This document shows positions 1-9,496 of a stretch of DNA of 64,000 bases, piece after piece. The number at the start of each line of letters is the position of its first letter. Position 1 is the first letter of the stretch. The translations under genes were made by a program, and so were the position numbers. Under the pieces are notes generated by a model, which was not told where the DNA came from, ran no database searches, and saw only the letters and a list, made by a program, of their open reading frames with translations. The stretch is from an uncultured delta proteobacterium (GTDB lineage: Bacteria; Myxococcota_A; UBA9160; SMWR01): assembly GCA_963785985.1 (NCBI GenBank), contig CAWAXD010000014.1:1167923-1231922 (forward strand). Reading direction: 5' to 3'.

Positions 1-280
1 CGAGGCGGCGCACGACATCTTCGATGTACGCGTGCACGCCGAAGATCTCGTGCGCGACGAGCACCACGGGGAACGGGCCCCGGGCCGCGGGATGGGCGCG
101 ATAGGCGCCGATCTCGATGCCACCGGAGGGCAGGCGCACGCGGCCGGCGACGAGCCCCTCTTCGCTCGTGACGATCGCGGCGGCGCTCACGGGCCGCGCG
201 GCGAGCGCATAGCCCGCTGCGACCGCGCCCGAGATCAGCAGCTCGCGCCGCGTGAAGCGCGCGTCAGGAGAGTTGGGCAC
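1..280 (-). CDS. dienelactone hydrolase family protein, N-terminal part (gene runs off left edge)
   Basis: Own minus-strand translation from GTG at 280: MPNSPDARFTRRELLISGAVAAGYALAARPVSA...PFPVVLVAHEIFGVHAYIEDVVRRL. It has a twin-arginine RRELL signal followed by the HEIFG segment typical of DLH-fold enzymes. It is not in the ORF track because it is truncated. Confidence 0.55.
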   Translation of the reverse strand, partial: MPNSPDARFTRRELLISGAVAAGYALAARPVSAAAIVTSEEGLVAGRVRLPSGGIEIGAYRAHPAARGPFPVVLVAHEIFGVHAYIEDVVRRL

Positions 281-656
281 GGACGGCTCCGATCAATCCC
301 CCGAGCAGGAGCAACAGGTTCGGTACGAAGGTGAGGAGGAAGCCGGGACCGCGCTTCGCCGGGTCTTCGACGTAGCCACGCGCGTAGACCACGCGCCCGA
401 GGATGAACACGACGCCCAGCCCCGCAGCCGCATTCGCGTTCACGAAGGTTGCAAACAGGTAGAGCGACGGAAGGAAGATCACGAGCTGCTCGATGGTGTT
501 CTGCTGAACGCGAAAATAACGCTCGAACGACGGATTGCCGGTGGTGGCGGGCGCTGGCACCCCGAAGCGGCCGCGCGCGCGCCCGGTGGCCATCAGGATC
601 ACGACGTACTCGAGCAGAGCCAACGAGGCGACGATCGCGACGAGCGCCATGTCCAT
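264..656 (-). CDS. MAPEG family membrane protein (glutathione transferase-like)
   Basis: 130-aa ORF with several hydrophobic helices. FERYFRVQQNTIEQL and GRVVYARGY segments are typical of MAPEG proteins. Confidence 0.7.
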   Translation of the reverse strand: MDMALVAIVASLALLEYVVILMATGRARGRFGVPAPATTGNPSFERYFRVQQNTIEQLVIFLPSLYLFATFVNANAAAGLGVVFILGRVVYARGYVEDPAKRGPGFLLTFVPNLLLLLGGLIGAVRAQLS

Positions 657-838
657 GCTCCTCCGGGTGTTGGGTGGCCGGGCTCCCGTCGCCCGCTAGC
701 TAGCGCGGGCGCGCGGCGCCAACCGTGGGCCCCCCGCGCACGGTCTTACCACTCCGGGGGTGGGCTGACAATGATTTTGCGGGCGCAGAGCTCATGGCGC
801 GCCGCGCGCTAGGCTCGGCGTGCGTGGTCTCCGAAACG

Positions 839-1921
839 ATGCTCACGGCGTTTCGCCTGCAGGCCGGGGGCTGCCGGCTCTTCGGCTCGCCGCTGTACGC
901 CGACCTGCTCGACGCGGCCCTCCAGGATCTCCAAGCGAACGGGCCGGTCGCGCGCCTGGTCGAGGACTTCGCAGACGACCCGCTGCGCGCCTTCATCGCA
1001 CTGCGCGTGCTCGGGTCCGTGCACGAGCGCGTGCTCGCGGGCGAGGCTCCCGCGCTCGCGCGCCACTACCCGACCGCGAACGGCCGTCCCGAGTGGCCCG
1101 GCGTGTGGCACGCCTTTCGCGACGTCGTCGCCGAGCAACGCGAAGCGCTGCTCCCGCGCCTCGCGAGCTTCCCGCAGACGAACGAGGTGCGCCGCTGCGC
1201 AGGGCTCCTCGGCGGCTTCCTGCACGTGGCGCTCGCGAGTGGCTTGCCGTTGCGGCTGCGCGAGATGGGAACCAGCGCGGGGCTCAACCTCGGCTGGGAT
1301 CGCTACCACTACACTCTCGCTCCCCACGCATGGGGCGATCCGCGCTCGCCCGTGCGCATCGACGCGGAGTGGCACGGGGATGCGGCGGCGTTCGAGCAGC
1401 GCCCTGCGATCGAGAGCCGCGCGGGCTGTGACATCGCGCCGGTGCGGATCGAAGATCCCGTGCAGGCGCGCCGGCTCGAGGCCTACATCTGGGCCGATCA
1501 GCCCGAGCGCCTCACCGAGCTGCGCGCCGCCATCGCGCTCGCGCGCGCCAACCCGCCGCGCATCGAGCGCGAGTCGGCCCGCGTGTGGCTCGAGCGCGAG
1601 CTGCGGGAGCCGGCCGCAGGCGTCGCGACCGTCGTCTTCCACTCGGCGGTGTGGGCCTACCTCGACGCGGCGGAGCAGGCGGACGTGCGCGCGCTGCTGC
1701 ATGCCGCGGGGGCGCGGGCGCGGACCCGCGCGCCCTTCGCCTGGCTCTCGCACGAGGACGAGGGCGGCTATGGGCGGATCACGGTGCGCCTGCGGCTGTG
1801 GCCGGGCGGGCAGTCGTTCGCGCTGGCCGAGGGGCATCCCCACGGCCGCAGCGTGCGTTGGGGCGAGCCGCCACCGGGATCCGAGAGCGATCCGATCACG
1901 ACGGGCGACCTGGGGACGTGA
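839..1921 (+). CDS. DUF2332-like conserved hypothetical protein
   Basis: ORF 725..1921; I prefer ATG 839 (MLTAFRLQAGGCRLFGSPLYADLL...). The pattern GSPLYADLL...FHSAVWAYLD...WLSHEDEG resembles the DUF2332 family. Recognised from memory, not searched. Confidence 0.5.
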   Translation: MLTAFRLQAGGCRLFGSPLYADLLDAALQDLQANGPVARLVEDFADDPLRAFIALRVLGSVHERVLAGEAPALARHYPTANGRPEWPGVWHAFRDVVAEQREALLPRLASFPQTNEVRRCAGLLGGFLHVALASGLPLRLREMGTSAGLNLGWDRYHYTLAPHAWGDPRSPVRIDAEWHGDAAAFEQRPAIESRAGCDIAPVRIEDPVQARRLEAYIWADQPERLTELRAAIALARANPPRIERESARVWLERELREPAAGVATVVFHSAVWAYLDAAEQADVRALLHAAGARARTRAPFAWLSHEDEGGYGRITVRLRLWPGGQSFALAEGHPHGRSVRWGEPPPGSESDPITTGDLGT

Positions 1922-1966
1922 GCCGCGCCCGCGCGGGCCGGCGCGTCGCGCGCAAGGAACCTGCGC

Positions 1967-2833
1967 TCAGGCGCCCGGCTCGATGCGCCGGAACAGGCCT
2001 TCCTGGACGACGGTTACCGCGAGCGCGCCGGCGCGCGTGAAGAGCCGCCCCGTCGCGAAGCCGCGCGCGCCCGCCGCGACGGGGCTGTGCTGCTCGTAGA
2101 GCAGCCACTCGTCGGCGCGGAAATCGCGATGAAACCACATGGCGTGATCGAGGCTCGCGATCTGCCAGCCGCTTCCGATCCACGAGATGGCGTGGGGTAG
2201 CGCCGCGGTGTCGAGCAGCGTCAGATCCGACGCATACGCCACGACACATTGGTGCAGCAGGCGGGAGGCTGGCAAGGCGCCGTCGGCGCGCACCCAGATG
2301 AGCTGGCGCGGCGGCAGCTTCTCCGGCTCGATCGGGTCGAACTGTGTCACGTAGCGGAGATCGATCGGCCGCTCGCTCTCGATCCAACGCTGCACTTCGG
2401 CAGGCGCCTTTTGCGCGAGCGGCTGCATGCGCGCCTGGAAATCGGGGAGCGTCTCGGGATCGGGCGCGTCGGGCATCTCGTCCTGGTGCTCGAGCCCGGG
2501 CTCGTGCTGCTGGAACGACGCTTCGAGATGGAAGATCGCGCGCCCGCGCTGGATCGCCGTGACGCGGCGCGTGGTGAAGCTCTTGCCGTCGCGCGTGCGA
2601 TCGACCTGATAGAGGATGGGGATCCTGGGATCACCCGGGCGCAGGAAATAGGCGTGGAGGGAGTGCGCCGCATCGCGCTCGACCGTGCGTCCGGCGGCCG
2701 TGAGCGCCTGGCCGAGCACCTGCCCGCCGAAGACGCGCTGTGATCGCTCCTGCGGGCTGCGGCCGCGAAACAGGTTCACCTCCAGCTCTTCGAGATCGAG
2801 GATTCCCAGCAGCGCGTCGAGCGCCTTGGACAT
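1967..2833 (-). CDS. tesB: acyl-CoA thioesterase II
   Basis: MSKALDALLGILDLEELEVNLFRG...VFGGQVLGQAL...HSLHAYFLRPGD...DGKSFTTRRV is a classic TesB double hot-dog. Start taken at the internal ATG (MSKALD) of ORF 1967..2860. Confidence 0.85.
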   Translation of the reverse strand: MSKALDALLGILDLEELEVNLFRGRSPQERSQRVFGGQVLGQALTAAGRTVERDAAHSLHAYFLRPGDPRIPILYQVDRTRDGKSFTTRRVTAIQRGRAIFHLEASFQQHEPGLEHQDEMPDAPDPETLPDFQARMQPLAQKAPAEVQRWIESERPIDLRYVTQFDPIEPEKLPPRQLIWVRADGALPASRLLHQCVVAYASDLTLLDTAALPHAISWIGSGWQIASLDHAMWFHRDFRADEWLLYEQHSPVAAGARGFATGRLFTRAGALAVTVVQEGLFRRIEPGA

Positions 2834-2988
2834 GCGCGGCTCTCCATCCGGAACGCGCACTCGGTAGCACGCCGCCGGGCGGGCGGCGACGCGGCCCGAA
2901 TCCCCTGCGCGCGCGGGGCGCTCGCCCGGCTCCTGCGTTCAAGAGCGGCTGCGGTTCCTCCGATGCCAAGAGACGGAGATCCCGCCAC

Positions 2989-4742
2989 GTGCATCCCGTC
3001 GTCCTGATTCCGCTCGCGACCGCGCTCGGCGCCGCGGCGCTCGCCGCCGCGATCGCCGCACGCGCGCCCGGCGAGCGCGCGAATCGCCTGATGGCGGCGA
3101 TGCTGGTGTGTGACGCCTGGTGGGCGCTGTGCCAGGTGCTCGGTCTCACGGCGAGCGACCCCACGTCGGCGCTGTTGTACGCCCGCCTGGAGCTGCTCGG
3201 CAGCGCCACGCTGGCGCCCATCGCGCTGCAACTGCTCGCCGAGGTGTTGCCCGAGCCGCTGCTCTCCGACCGCAGGCTGCTCACGGCCGAGTACGCGATC
3301 ACGGCCGCTGTCGTGCTCGCGTCCCTCTCCACCCCCTGGCTGGTGCCCGGCGTGGTTCGCACGAGCTGGGGCTTCGCGCCGATGATCGGTCCGCTCGTGC
3401 CATGGACCTATCTGGTCCTCCTGCTGATGCCGATCATCGCGCTGTCGCGACTGTTGCTTCGGCGAACGCTCCAGCGTGTCGCGCGACCGCGCACGCGGCC
3501 GTGGGTCGAGTTCGCGGTCTGGCTCACCGCGCTCGTCACGGCGGTCACCGACTTCGCGCTGCCCGCGAGCGGCCGGCCCGTTCCGCGGCTCGGAAGCGCC
3601 AGCGTCGTGCTCTGGGCCGCCTTCACGTGGCATTGGGTCTACCGTTTCCGCGGCACGGGGCTCTCGCCGCGCACGTTCGCGAACGAGATCCTCGCCACGC
3701 TTCCCGATGGCGTGGCGCTCGTGCGCCTCGACGGCCGCATTCGCGCGCTCAACGCCAAGCTCGCACAGCTCGCGAGGCAGGCCCCGGAAAAGCTCCTCGG
3801 CCGACCGCTCGGCGAGCTGGTCATCGAGCCGCGCGCCGCAGCGACGGGCGCCGAGCGCGAGAGCGAGCTGGTGTGCGCAACGGGCGCGCGCGTGCCGGTT
3901 TCGCTCTCGGATGCCTGGCTGCGCGACGACGCCGGCTTTGCCATCGGCCGCGTGCTCGTGATCCGCGATCTCGAGGAGCTGGTCTCGCTGCGCAGCCGCC
4001 TGCTCACCTCGGCTCGCCTGGCGGCGGTGGGCCAGCTCGCGGCGGGCATCGCCCACGAGATCAACAACCCGATCGCCTACGTGCGCTCGAACGTGGGCCT
4101 GCTCGAGCGCCACTGGAAGACGCTCGCGGAGGAGTTCGCAGCGCGCAAAGCCGCGCCCTCCGTGCACGCGGCGCTGGCGCGTTCGCACGAGCTGCTGCGC
4201 AGCGCGGCGGGGGGATCGACCGGGTCGCCTCGATCGTGCGCGACGTCGGCGGCTTCTCGTGGAAGGGCGGTTCGGAGAGCGAGCTGGCGGACCCGATCGA
4301 GCTGCTCGAGCTGGCCGTGCGGGTGGCGGGACCGCAGTTGCGCCGCAAGGCGGAGGTCGAGCGCAGCTTCGCGAAGCTGCCGCTCGTGCCCTGCCGGCCG
4401 CAGGAGCTGATGCAGGTCTTCCTCAACCTCGTGCTCGCCGGCGTGAATGCGATCGAACAGCACGGCCGGCTGTGCCTCTCCGCCGGAGTCGAAGGTGCGT
4501 TCGTGTGGCTCGAGATCGCGGTCGCTGGGGCCGGCCTCGCGCCCGAAGTGCTGGATCCGATCTTCGATCCATTTCTGGCGCCGGGCGCAGACGCGGCGCA
4601 ATCCGGCCTCGGGCTCGCCATCTCGCGCCAGATGGTGGAACGCCAGGGCGGCCGCATCCTCGTCGAATCCCAACCGGAACGGGGCATTCGCTTTCGCGTG
4701 TCGCTCCCGATCGCGCCCGGCCCGGGCGAGCCGGCCGCCTGA
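2989..4742 (+). pseudogene. membrane sensor histidine kinase (multi-TM sensor, PAS-like, HisKA, HATPase_c); one frame break as assembled
   Basis: The frame of ORF 2740..4410 gives the TM region, a PAS-like segment and the H-box LAAGIAHEINNPIAYV. At the G6 run 4209-4214 the conserved sequence continues in the frame of ORF 3120..4742 (GGIDRVASIVRDVGGFS...QVFLNLVLAGVNAI...GLGLAISRQMVERQGGRI). GTG 2989 was chosen by alignment with the downstream paralog. Confidence 0.8.
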
Positions 4743-6466
4743 TGCACGCGATCGCCGTCGTCCAGCTCTTTGCGAGCCTCGCCGCGGTGGCGCTCGCCGC
4801 GGCGCTCGTCGCCAGCGATTCGGGGCAACGCGCCAACCGGCTCGTCGCGATCGTGCTCGTCTGCTCGGCGCACTGGTCGGTGTGCGAAGTGCTCATGAGT
4901 CTTTGCGACGCTCCGAACCGCGTGCTCCAGCTGGCCCGCTTGTCGTCGTTCGGCTGGTTGTGGCTCGGGCCGCTGACCCTCCACATCGTCTCGGAGCTGG
5001 TGGGCAGTGTGCACCCGGGTCTGCGGCGTTTGCTGCCCTGGGCCTACGCCGGCGCCTCGGCGTCGATCTTGTTGTATGCGCTCTCGCCGCTCTGCCTCGA
5101 ATTGCCCGTACGCAATCACTTTGGTTGGGCGCTGCATCCGGGCCGCCTGTTCCCGCTCGTCGTACTGCCGACGATCTCGATCGTCGTCTTCGTGATCGCG
5201 CAGTGGTCCCGGCTCTTCCCGAAGACGGTGTCACCGGGAGAGCGGCAGCAGGCCCGCTATCTCCTCGCCGGCGTCGTCATCCCGCTCGGGCTCGCGTCGA
5301 CGACCGACGTGCTGCTGCCCTATCTGCACGTCGACTCTCCGCGCCTGGGCAGCGTCGGCGTGCTGGCGCTCGGCGCGATCGTCGCGGGCAGCGTGCGCCG
5401 CCACGGCTACTTCCTGCTCGCTCCGGGCGCCTTTGCGCGCGAGATCCTCGAGACACTGCGCGACGGCGTCGCGCTGCTGCACCCCGGTGGCGAGGTCCGC
5501 ACGAGCAACGAGGCCTTCGCGCGGCTGATCGGCGGCGCGCCCGCCGAGCTGGCCGGCGCCTCGGTCTTCCAGTGGTTGCCAGGCCTCGCTCGCGACGCGG
5601 CGATCGAATCCCGCGGGCTCGAGCTCGAGCTCGAGCCCCGCGGCGCGCCGGCGATGCCCGTGTCGGTCTCGTGCACGGCGCTGCGCGACGAGCTGGGCGG
5701 CGTGATCGGGCGCGTGCTCGTGCTGCGCGATCTGCGCGAGGTGACGGCGCTGCGCAGCCGGCTCGTCACGTCGGGCCGGCTCGCCGCCGTGGGTGAGCTC
5801 GCGGCCGGCATCGCCCAGGAGATCGACGAGCCGGTCACCAGCGTGCGCGCGAACCTGCTCGAGCTGCGCGAACACTGGCGCGCGCTCGCGAGCGGTGTCG
5901 ATGCGCGCGACGAAGCGCTCGCGCCGGTCCTCGTCGAGGGCGCGGACCTGATCGAGGAATCGGGCGAGGGGATCGATCGCGTGGCGACGATCGTGAAGGA
6001 GGTCGGCGCCTTCTCGCAGGCCGGCATCGGAGAAGCGCAGCTCGCGAACGTCAACGATCTGCTGGAAAATGCCGTGAACGTCGCCGCGCTCTCCTTCTCG
6101 ATCGTGGTCGAACGCTGCTACGCCGAGCTGCCTCCCGTGCGCTGTGACGCGCAGCAGCTGAAGCAGGTGTTCCTGAACCTGCTGCTCAACGCCTTGCAGG
6201 CCGTCGGCGACTACGGCGTGATCCGGCTGGTGACCGAAGCGCAGGGAGACTTCGTCCAGATTCGCGTCGAGGACGATGGCTGCGGAATCCCCGAGAAGCA
6301 GATCGAGCAGATCTTCGATCCTTTTTTCACCACCCGTCGCACGGGCACCGCGGCCGGCCTCGGGCTCGCCCACTGCTACCAGATCATCCGCCACCATGGC
6401 GGCGAGATCACGGTGCAATCGAAGGTCGGCGCCGGCACCTCGTTCTTGATCAGGCTTCCAGTTTGA
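4742..6466 (+). CDS. membrane sensor histidine kinase, paralog of the upstream gene
   Basis: MHAIAVVQLFASLAAVALAAAL... with multi-TM N-terminus, PAS-like FAREILETLRDGVALL, H-box LAAGIAQEIDEPVTSV, N-box QVFLNLLLNALQAV, DDGCGIP and GLGLAHCYQIIRHHGGEI. ATG 4742 overlaps the upstream TGA (ATGA). Confidence 0.85.
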   Translation: MHAIAVVQLFASLAAVALAAALVASDSGQRANRLVAIVLVCSAHWSVCEVLMSLCDAPNRVLQLARLSSFGWLWLGPLTLHIVSELVGSVHPGLRRLLPWAYAGASASILLYALSPLCLELPVRNHFGWALHPGRLFPLVVLPTISIVVFVIAQWSRLFPKTVSPGERQQARYLLAGVVIPLGLASTTDVLLPYLHVDSPRLGSVGVLALGAIVAGSVRRHGYFLLAPGAFAREILETLRDGVALLHPGGEVRTSNEAFARLIGGAPAELAGASVFQWLPGLARDAAIESRGLELELEPRGAPAMPVSVSCTALRDELGGVIGRVLVLRDLREVTALRSRLVTSGRLAAVGELAAGIAQEIDEPVTSVRANLLELREHWRALASGVDARDEALAPVLVEGADLIEESGEGIDRVATIVKEVGAFSQAGIGEAQLANVNDLLENAVNVAALSFSIVVERCYAELPPVRCDAQQLKQVFLNLLLNALQAVGDYGVIRLVTEAQGDFVQIRVEDDGCGIPEKQIEQIFDPFFTTRRTGTAAGLGLAHCYQIIRHHGGEITVQSKVGAGTSFLIRLPV

Positions 6467-6517
6467 CTTCGCTCGGCTGCGCCTCGCTGCGCGCGCTGCT
6501 TGCGCAGCGCTTGCAAG
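6465..6517 (+). repeat. REP-like GC-rich intergenic repeat, copy A (contains a 7-bp stem GCGCTGC-ttgc-GCAGCGC at 6493-6510)
   Basis: GACTTCGCTCGGCTGCGCCTCGCTGCGCGCGCTGCTTGCGCAGCGCTTGCAAG, directly after the HK stop. Related copies lie at 8996-9040 and, in reverse orientation, 16301-16416. Confidence 0.45.
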
Positions 6518-6626
6518 ACTCCTGGCGACCGCGAGCCCCCTCGCACAGATCCCATCTCTCGCGGTCCCCTCGCTAGCGGTTCGCGTCTAGAGGCGCGAAG
6601 ATCGGCTTTCGGGAGGAGGGCGCGCG

Positions 6627-7490
6627 ATGGAATCGGCGGCGGCGAAGTTGCGGCGGCTGCTGGATCGGCCGGGGCTGCACGTGATGCCGTGCTGCTTCGA
6701 CGCGCTCTCGGCGAAGCTGATCGAGCGGGCGGGCTTCGAGCTCACGTTCATGAGCGGCTTCGCCGTCTCGGCGACGCGGCTCGGCCTGCCCGACACCGGG
6801 CTCATCTCCTACGGCGAGATGGTCGAGCAGGGCCGCAACCTCTGCGCGGCGGTGTCGATTCCCGTGATCGGCGACGGGGACACGGGCTACGGGAATCCCC
6901 TGAACGTGCGCCGGACCATCGACGGCTATGCGCGGGCGGGCTTCGCGAGCGTCATGATCGAGGACCAGCTCGCGCCCAAGCGCTGCGGACACACGCGCGG
7001 CAAGCAGGTCGTCGCGCGCGACGAGGCGCTCTTGCGCGTGCGCGCGGCGGTCGACGCGCGCGAGCAGGGCGCCGACGTCCTGATCCTCGCCCGCACGGAT
7101 GCGCGCGGCCCGCTCGGCCTCGACGAGGCCCTCTGGCGCGGCCGGGCGTTCGCCGATCTCGGGGCGGACATCGTGTTCGTCGAAGCGCCGCGCAGCGAAG
7201 CCGAGATGCAGCGCATCTGCGAGGCGATCCGCGCGCCGCAGCTCGCCAACATGGTCGAGGGCGGCGACACACCCGTGCTGCCCCCCGCGCGCCTCGCGGC
7301 GCTCGGCTACCGCATCGCGGCGTACCCGCTGACGTTGCTCTCCGCCGCGGCGCGCGCGATGCAGGACGCGCTCGCTGCGCTCGCGCGCGGCGAGACGCCC
7401 GCGCGGCTGCTCGAATTCGCGGAGCTGCGCACGCTGGTCGGCTTCGACGCCTACGACGCGGCGCTCGAGCGCTACGGCAAGGATGGCTGA
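6627..7490 (+). CDS. isocitrate lyase/PEP mutase family protein (methylisocitrate lyase / oxaloacetate decarboxylase-like)
   Basis: 287 aa with VMPCCFDALSAKLIE, IPVIGDGDTGYGN, MIEDQLAPKRCGH and LILARTDA, the ICL/PEPM superfamily hallmarks. Confidence 0.85.
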   Translation: MESAAAKLRRLLDRPGLHVMPCCFDALSAKLIERAGFELTFMSGFAVSATRLGLPDTGLISYGEMVEQGRNLCAAVSIPVIGDGDTGYGNPLNVRRTIDGYARAGFASVMIEDQLAPKRCGHTRGKQVVARDEALLRVRAAVDAREQGADVLILARTDARGPLGLDEALWRGRAFADLGADIVFVEAPRSEAEMQRICEAIRAPQLANMVEGGDTPVLPPARLAALGYRIAAYPLTLLSAAARAMQDALAALARGETPARLLEFAELRTLVGFDAYDAALERYGKDG

Positions 7491-8956
7491 ACGGGCCCGG
7501 AGTTCTCGATCAGGCGGCGGAAGAAGCGGATGCCGTTCGGGTAGTTCGAGACGGCGAGGCGCTCATTGGTGCCGTGCACGCGCTTGAGATCCGCCAGATC
7601 GAACCGGAACGGGCTCAGGCGATAGAGCCGCGGCGTCACCAACGCGTAGTGGCGCGCGTCGGTCCCGCCCAGCACGAGGAACGGCAAGGGGGAGACGTCC
7701 GCGAAGCTCTCCTCCACCGTCGTCGCCAGGCGCGCGAAGGCCGGATCGTCGACGGGCGACTCGGCGGTCGGGTTGCGCGGAATGCTGCGCACACCGGCCT
7801 TCACGTCGATGCGCTCGTCGTCGATCGTGCGCCGCACGTGCGCGACCACGTCCTCGATCGTGTCGCCGGGCAGGATGCGGAAGTTCACGACGGCTGACGC
7901 GCGGGCCGGGAGCACGTTCTCCTTCACGCCGCCCTCGACGATCGTGACGGCGGTGGTGGTGCGCAGCATCGCGTCGAGCGGCGGCTGGGTCGACATCACG
8001 CGTTCGACGAGCGGCCCGAAGAGCCAGAGATTCGCGAGCACCGCCCGGAACGGCAGGCCCACCTGGGGCGCCAGGCGCTCGAGGAAGCTGCCGGTCGGGC
8101 CATCGACGCGGCCCGGCATCGGGTGGTTCTCGAGCTTCGTGAGCGCGGCCGACAGGATCCCGATCGCCGTGTGGCGCGGGGGCGTCGAGGAGTGGCCCCC
8201 CTCGACCTCGATCGAGAGCGTGATCCCGACGGAGCCCTTCTCGGCGATGCCGATCAAGGCGAGCGGCGCCGCGACGCCGGGCACCGCGCCCGACACGATC
8301 GCGCCGCCCTCGTCGAGCGCCGATTCGATCGGCACACCCCGTTTGGCGAGCCGCTCCGCGATCAAGAGCGCGCCCTGCTCGCCGCCCACTTCCTCGTCGC
8401 TGCCGAGCGCGACGAGCAGCGTGCGTTCGGGCGTGAAGCCCTCGGAGAGCAGCCCCTCGACCGCCTCGAAGATCGCGAACAGGCTCGCCTTGTCGTCGAG
8501 CGAGCCGCGGCCCCACACGAAGCCATCGGCGATCACGCCGTCGAAGGGCGGATGCTCCCACTGCGCTTCGGTCCCCGCCTCGACCGGCACGACGTCCTGG
8601 TGGGCGAGCAGCAGGAGCGCCGGCAGCTCGGGGTCCCGACCCTTCCACGTGTAGAGCAGACTGGCGCTCCCGACGAGCTCCGGCGCGAGCGCCGCGTGCG
8701 CGCGCGGAAAGCTGCGCGCGAGGTAATCACGGAACGCCGCGAACTGCGCCGCGTCGGTCGTCGCCGGATCCTCGTTCGAGACGGTGCGGAAGCGCAATCC
8801 GCCGGCGAGCCGGCGCGCGGCCGCGTCGGCGTCGATCGGGGCAACGGCCAGCGCCCGTGGCTCCGGCCGCCGCGAGGAGAAGATCGCGGTGCGGACCCCG
8901 ATCACCGCGAGCAGCAGCAGGAACGCCGCGAGCAGACCCAGGCCGATTCCCTTCAC
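7472..8956 (-). CDS. M20 family metallopeptidase with N-terminal membrane anchor
   Basis: 494 aa with an N-terminal TM (GLGLLAAFLLLLAVIGV), LLLAHQDVVPV, FVWGRGSLDDKASLF and LGSDEEVGG. The GTG start overlaps the upstream stop (GTGA). Confidence 0.85.
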   Translation of the reverse strand: MKGIGLGLLAAFLLLLAVIGVRTAIFSSRRPEPRALAVAPIDADAAARRLAGGLRFRTVSNEDPATTDAAQFAAFRDYLARSFPRAHAALAPELVGSASLLYTWKGRDPELPALLLLAHQDVVPVEAGTEAQWEHPPFDGVIADGFVWGRGSLDDKASLFAIFEAVEGLLSEGFTPERTLLVALGSDEEVGGEQGALLIAERLAKRGVPIESALDEGGAIVSGAVPGVAAPLALIGIAEKGSVGITLSIEVEGGHSSTPPRHTAIGILSAALTKLENHPMPGRVDGPTGSFLERLAPQVGLPFRAVLANLWLFGPLVERVMSTQPPLDAMLRTTTAVTIVEGGVKENVLPARASAVVNFRILPGDTIEDVVAHVRRTIDDERIDVKAGVRSIPRNPTAESPVDDPAFARLATTVEESFADVSPLPFLVLGGTDARHYALVTPRLYRLSPFRFDLADLKRVHGTNERLAVSNYPNGIRFFRRLIENSGPVQPSLP

Positions 8957-9369
8957 GCGAACGCTCGCTGCGCACGCGCCCGCCCGGTCATCATCGACTT
9001 CGTTCGCCTTCGGCTCACTGCGCGCTTTGCTTGCAACGCGCCGGGCCGCGGACGCCAGCCCTGGCGCGCGAGATCGATGCGGCCGCGCGCGTCGAAGACG
9101 ACTCCCTCGCGCTCGAGCAGCGCGCGTTGCACCGCCTCCCAGCCCGGCAGGCTCCGGGGGCTCACCTCACCGCGGGCGTTCACCACCCGCTGCCAGGGCA
9201 CGTCGCTCTCGGGACCGAGGCTGTGCAGCGCGTAACCCACCTGGCGGGCATGTCCGGGGAGACCCGCGAGCGCCGCTACCTGCCCATAGGTCGCCACACG
9301 GCCTCGCGGAATGCGACGGACCACGGCGTGGATGCGCGCGTAGGTCCCGTGCGAGCGCGCTTGCGGCAT
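8953..9369 (-). CDS. MGMT-family (Atl/YbaZ-like) DNA base-flipping protein
   Basis: IPRGRVATYGQVAALAGLPGHARQVGYAL...VPWQRVVNARGEVS matches the methylated-DNA-protein-cysteine methyltransferase DNA-binding domain, but the PCHR active-site Cys is replaced (PWQRV). The last ~35 codons run through REP-like copy B, so the true C-terminus is uncertain. Confidence 0.65.
   Translation of the reverse strand: MPQARSHGTYARIHAVVRRIPRGRVATYGQVAALAGLPGHARQVGYALHSLGPESDVPWQRVVNARGEVSPRSLPGWEAVQRALLEREGVVFDARGRIDLARQGWRPRPGALQAKRAVSRRRTKSMMTGRARAQRAFA
8996..9040 (+). repeat. REP-like GC-rich repeat, copy B
   Basis: GACTTCGTTCGCCTTCGGCTCACTGCGCGCTTTGCTTGCAACGCG aligns with copy A (6465-6517). Confidence 0.4.
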
Positions 9370-9496
9370 GGCCGCGCATTGTGACGGATGCGCGCCAAAG
9401 AGTCATCCAGCGTGGCGTTTCGGCCGCTCGCGCGGGGCGCGAGCCCCCCGTATCCTCGCGGCTGCGTTCCCGCGCAGTCCCGCCCGGAGGTCTCCA

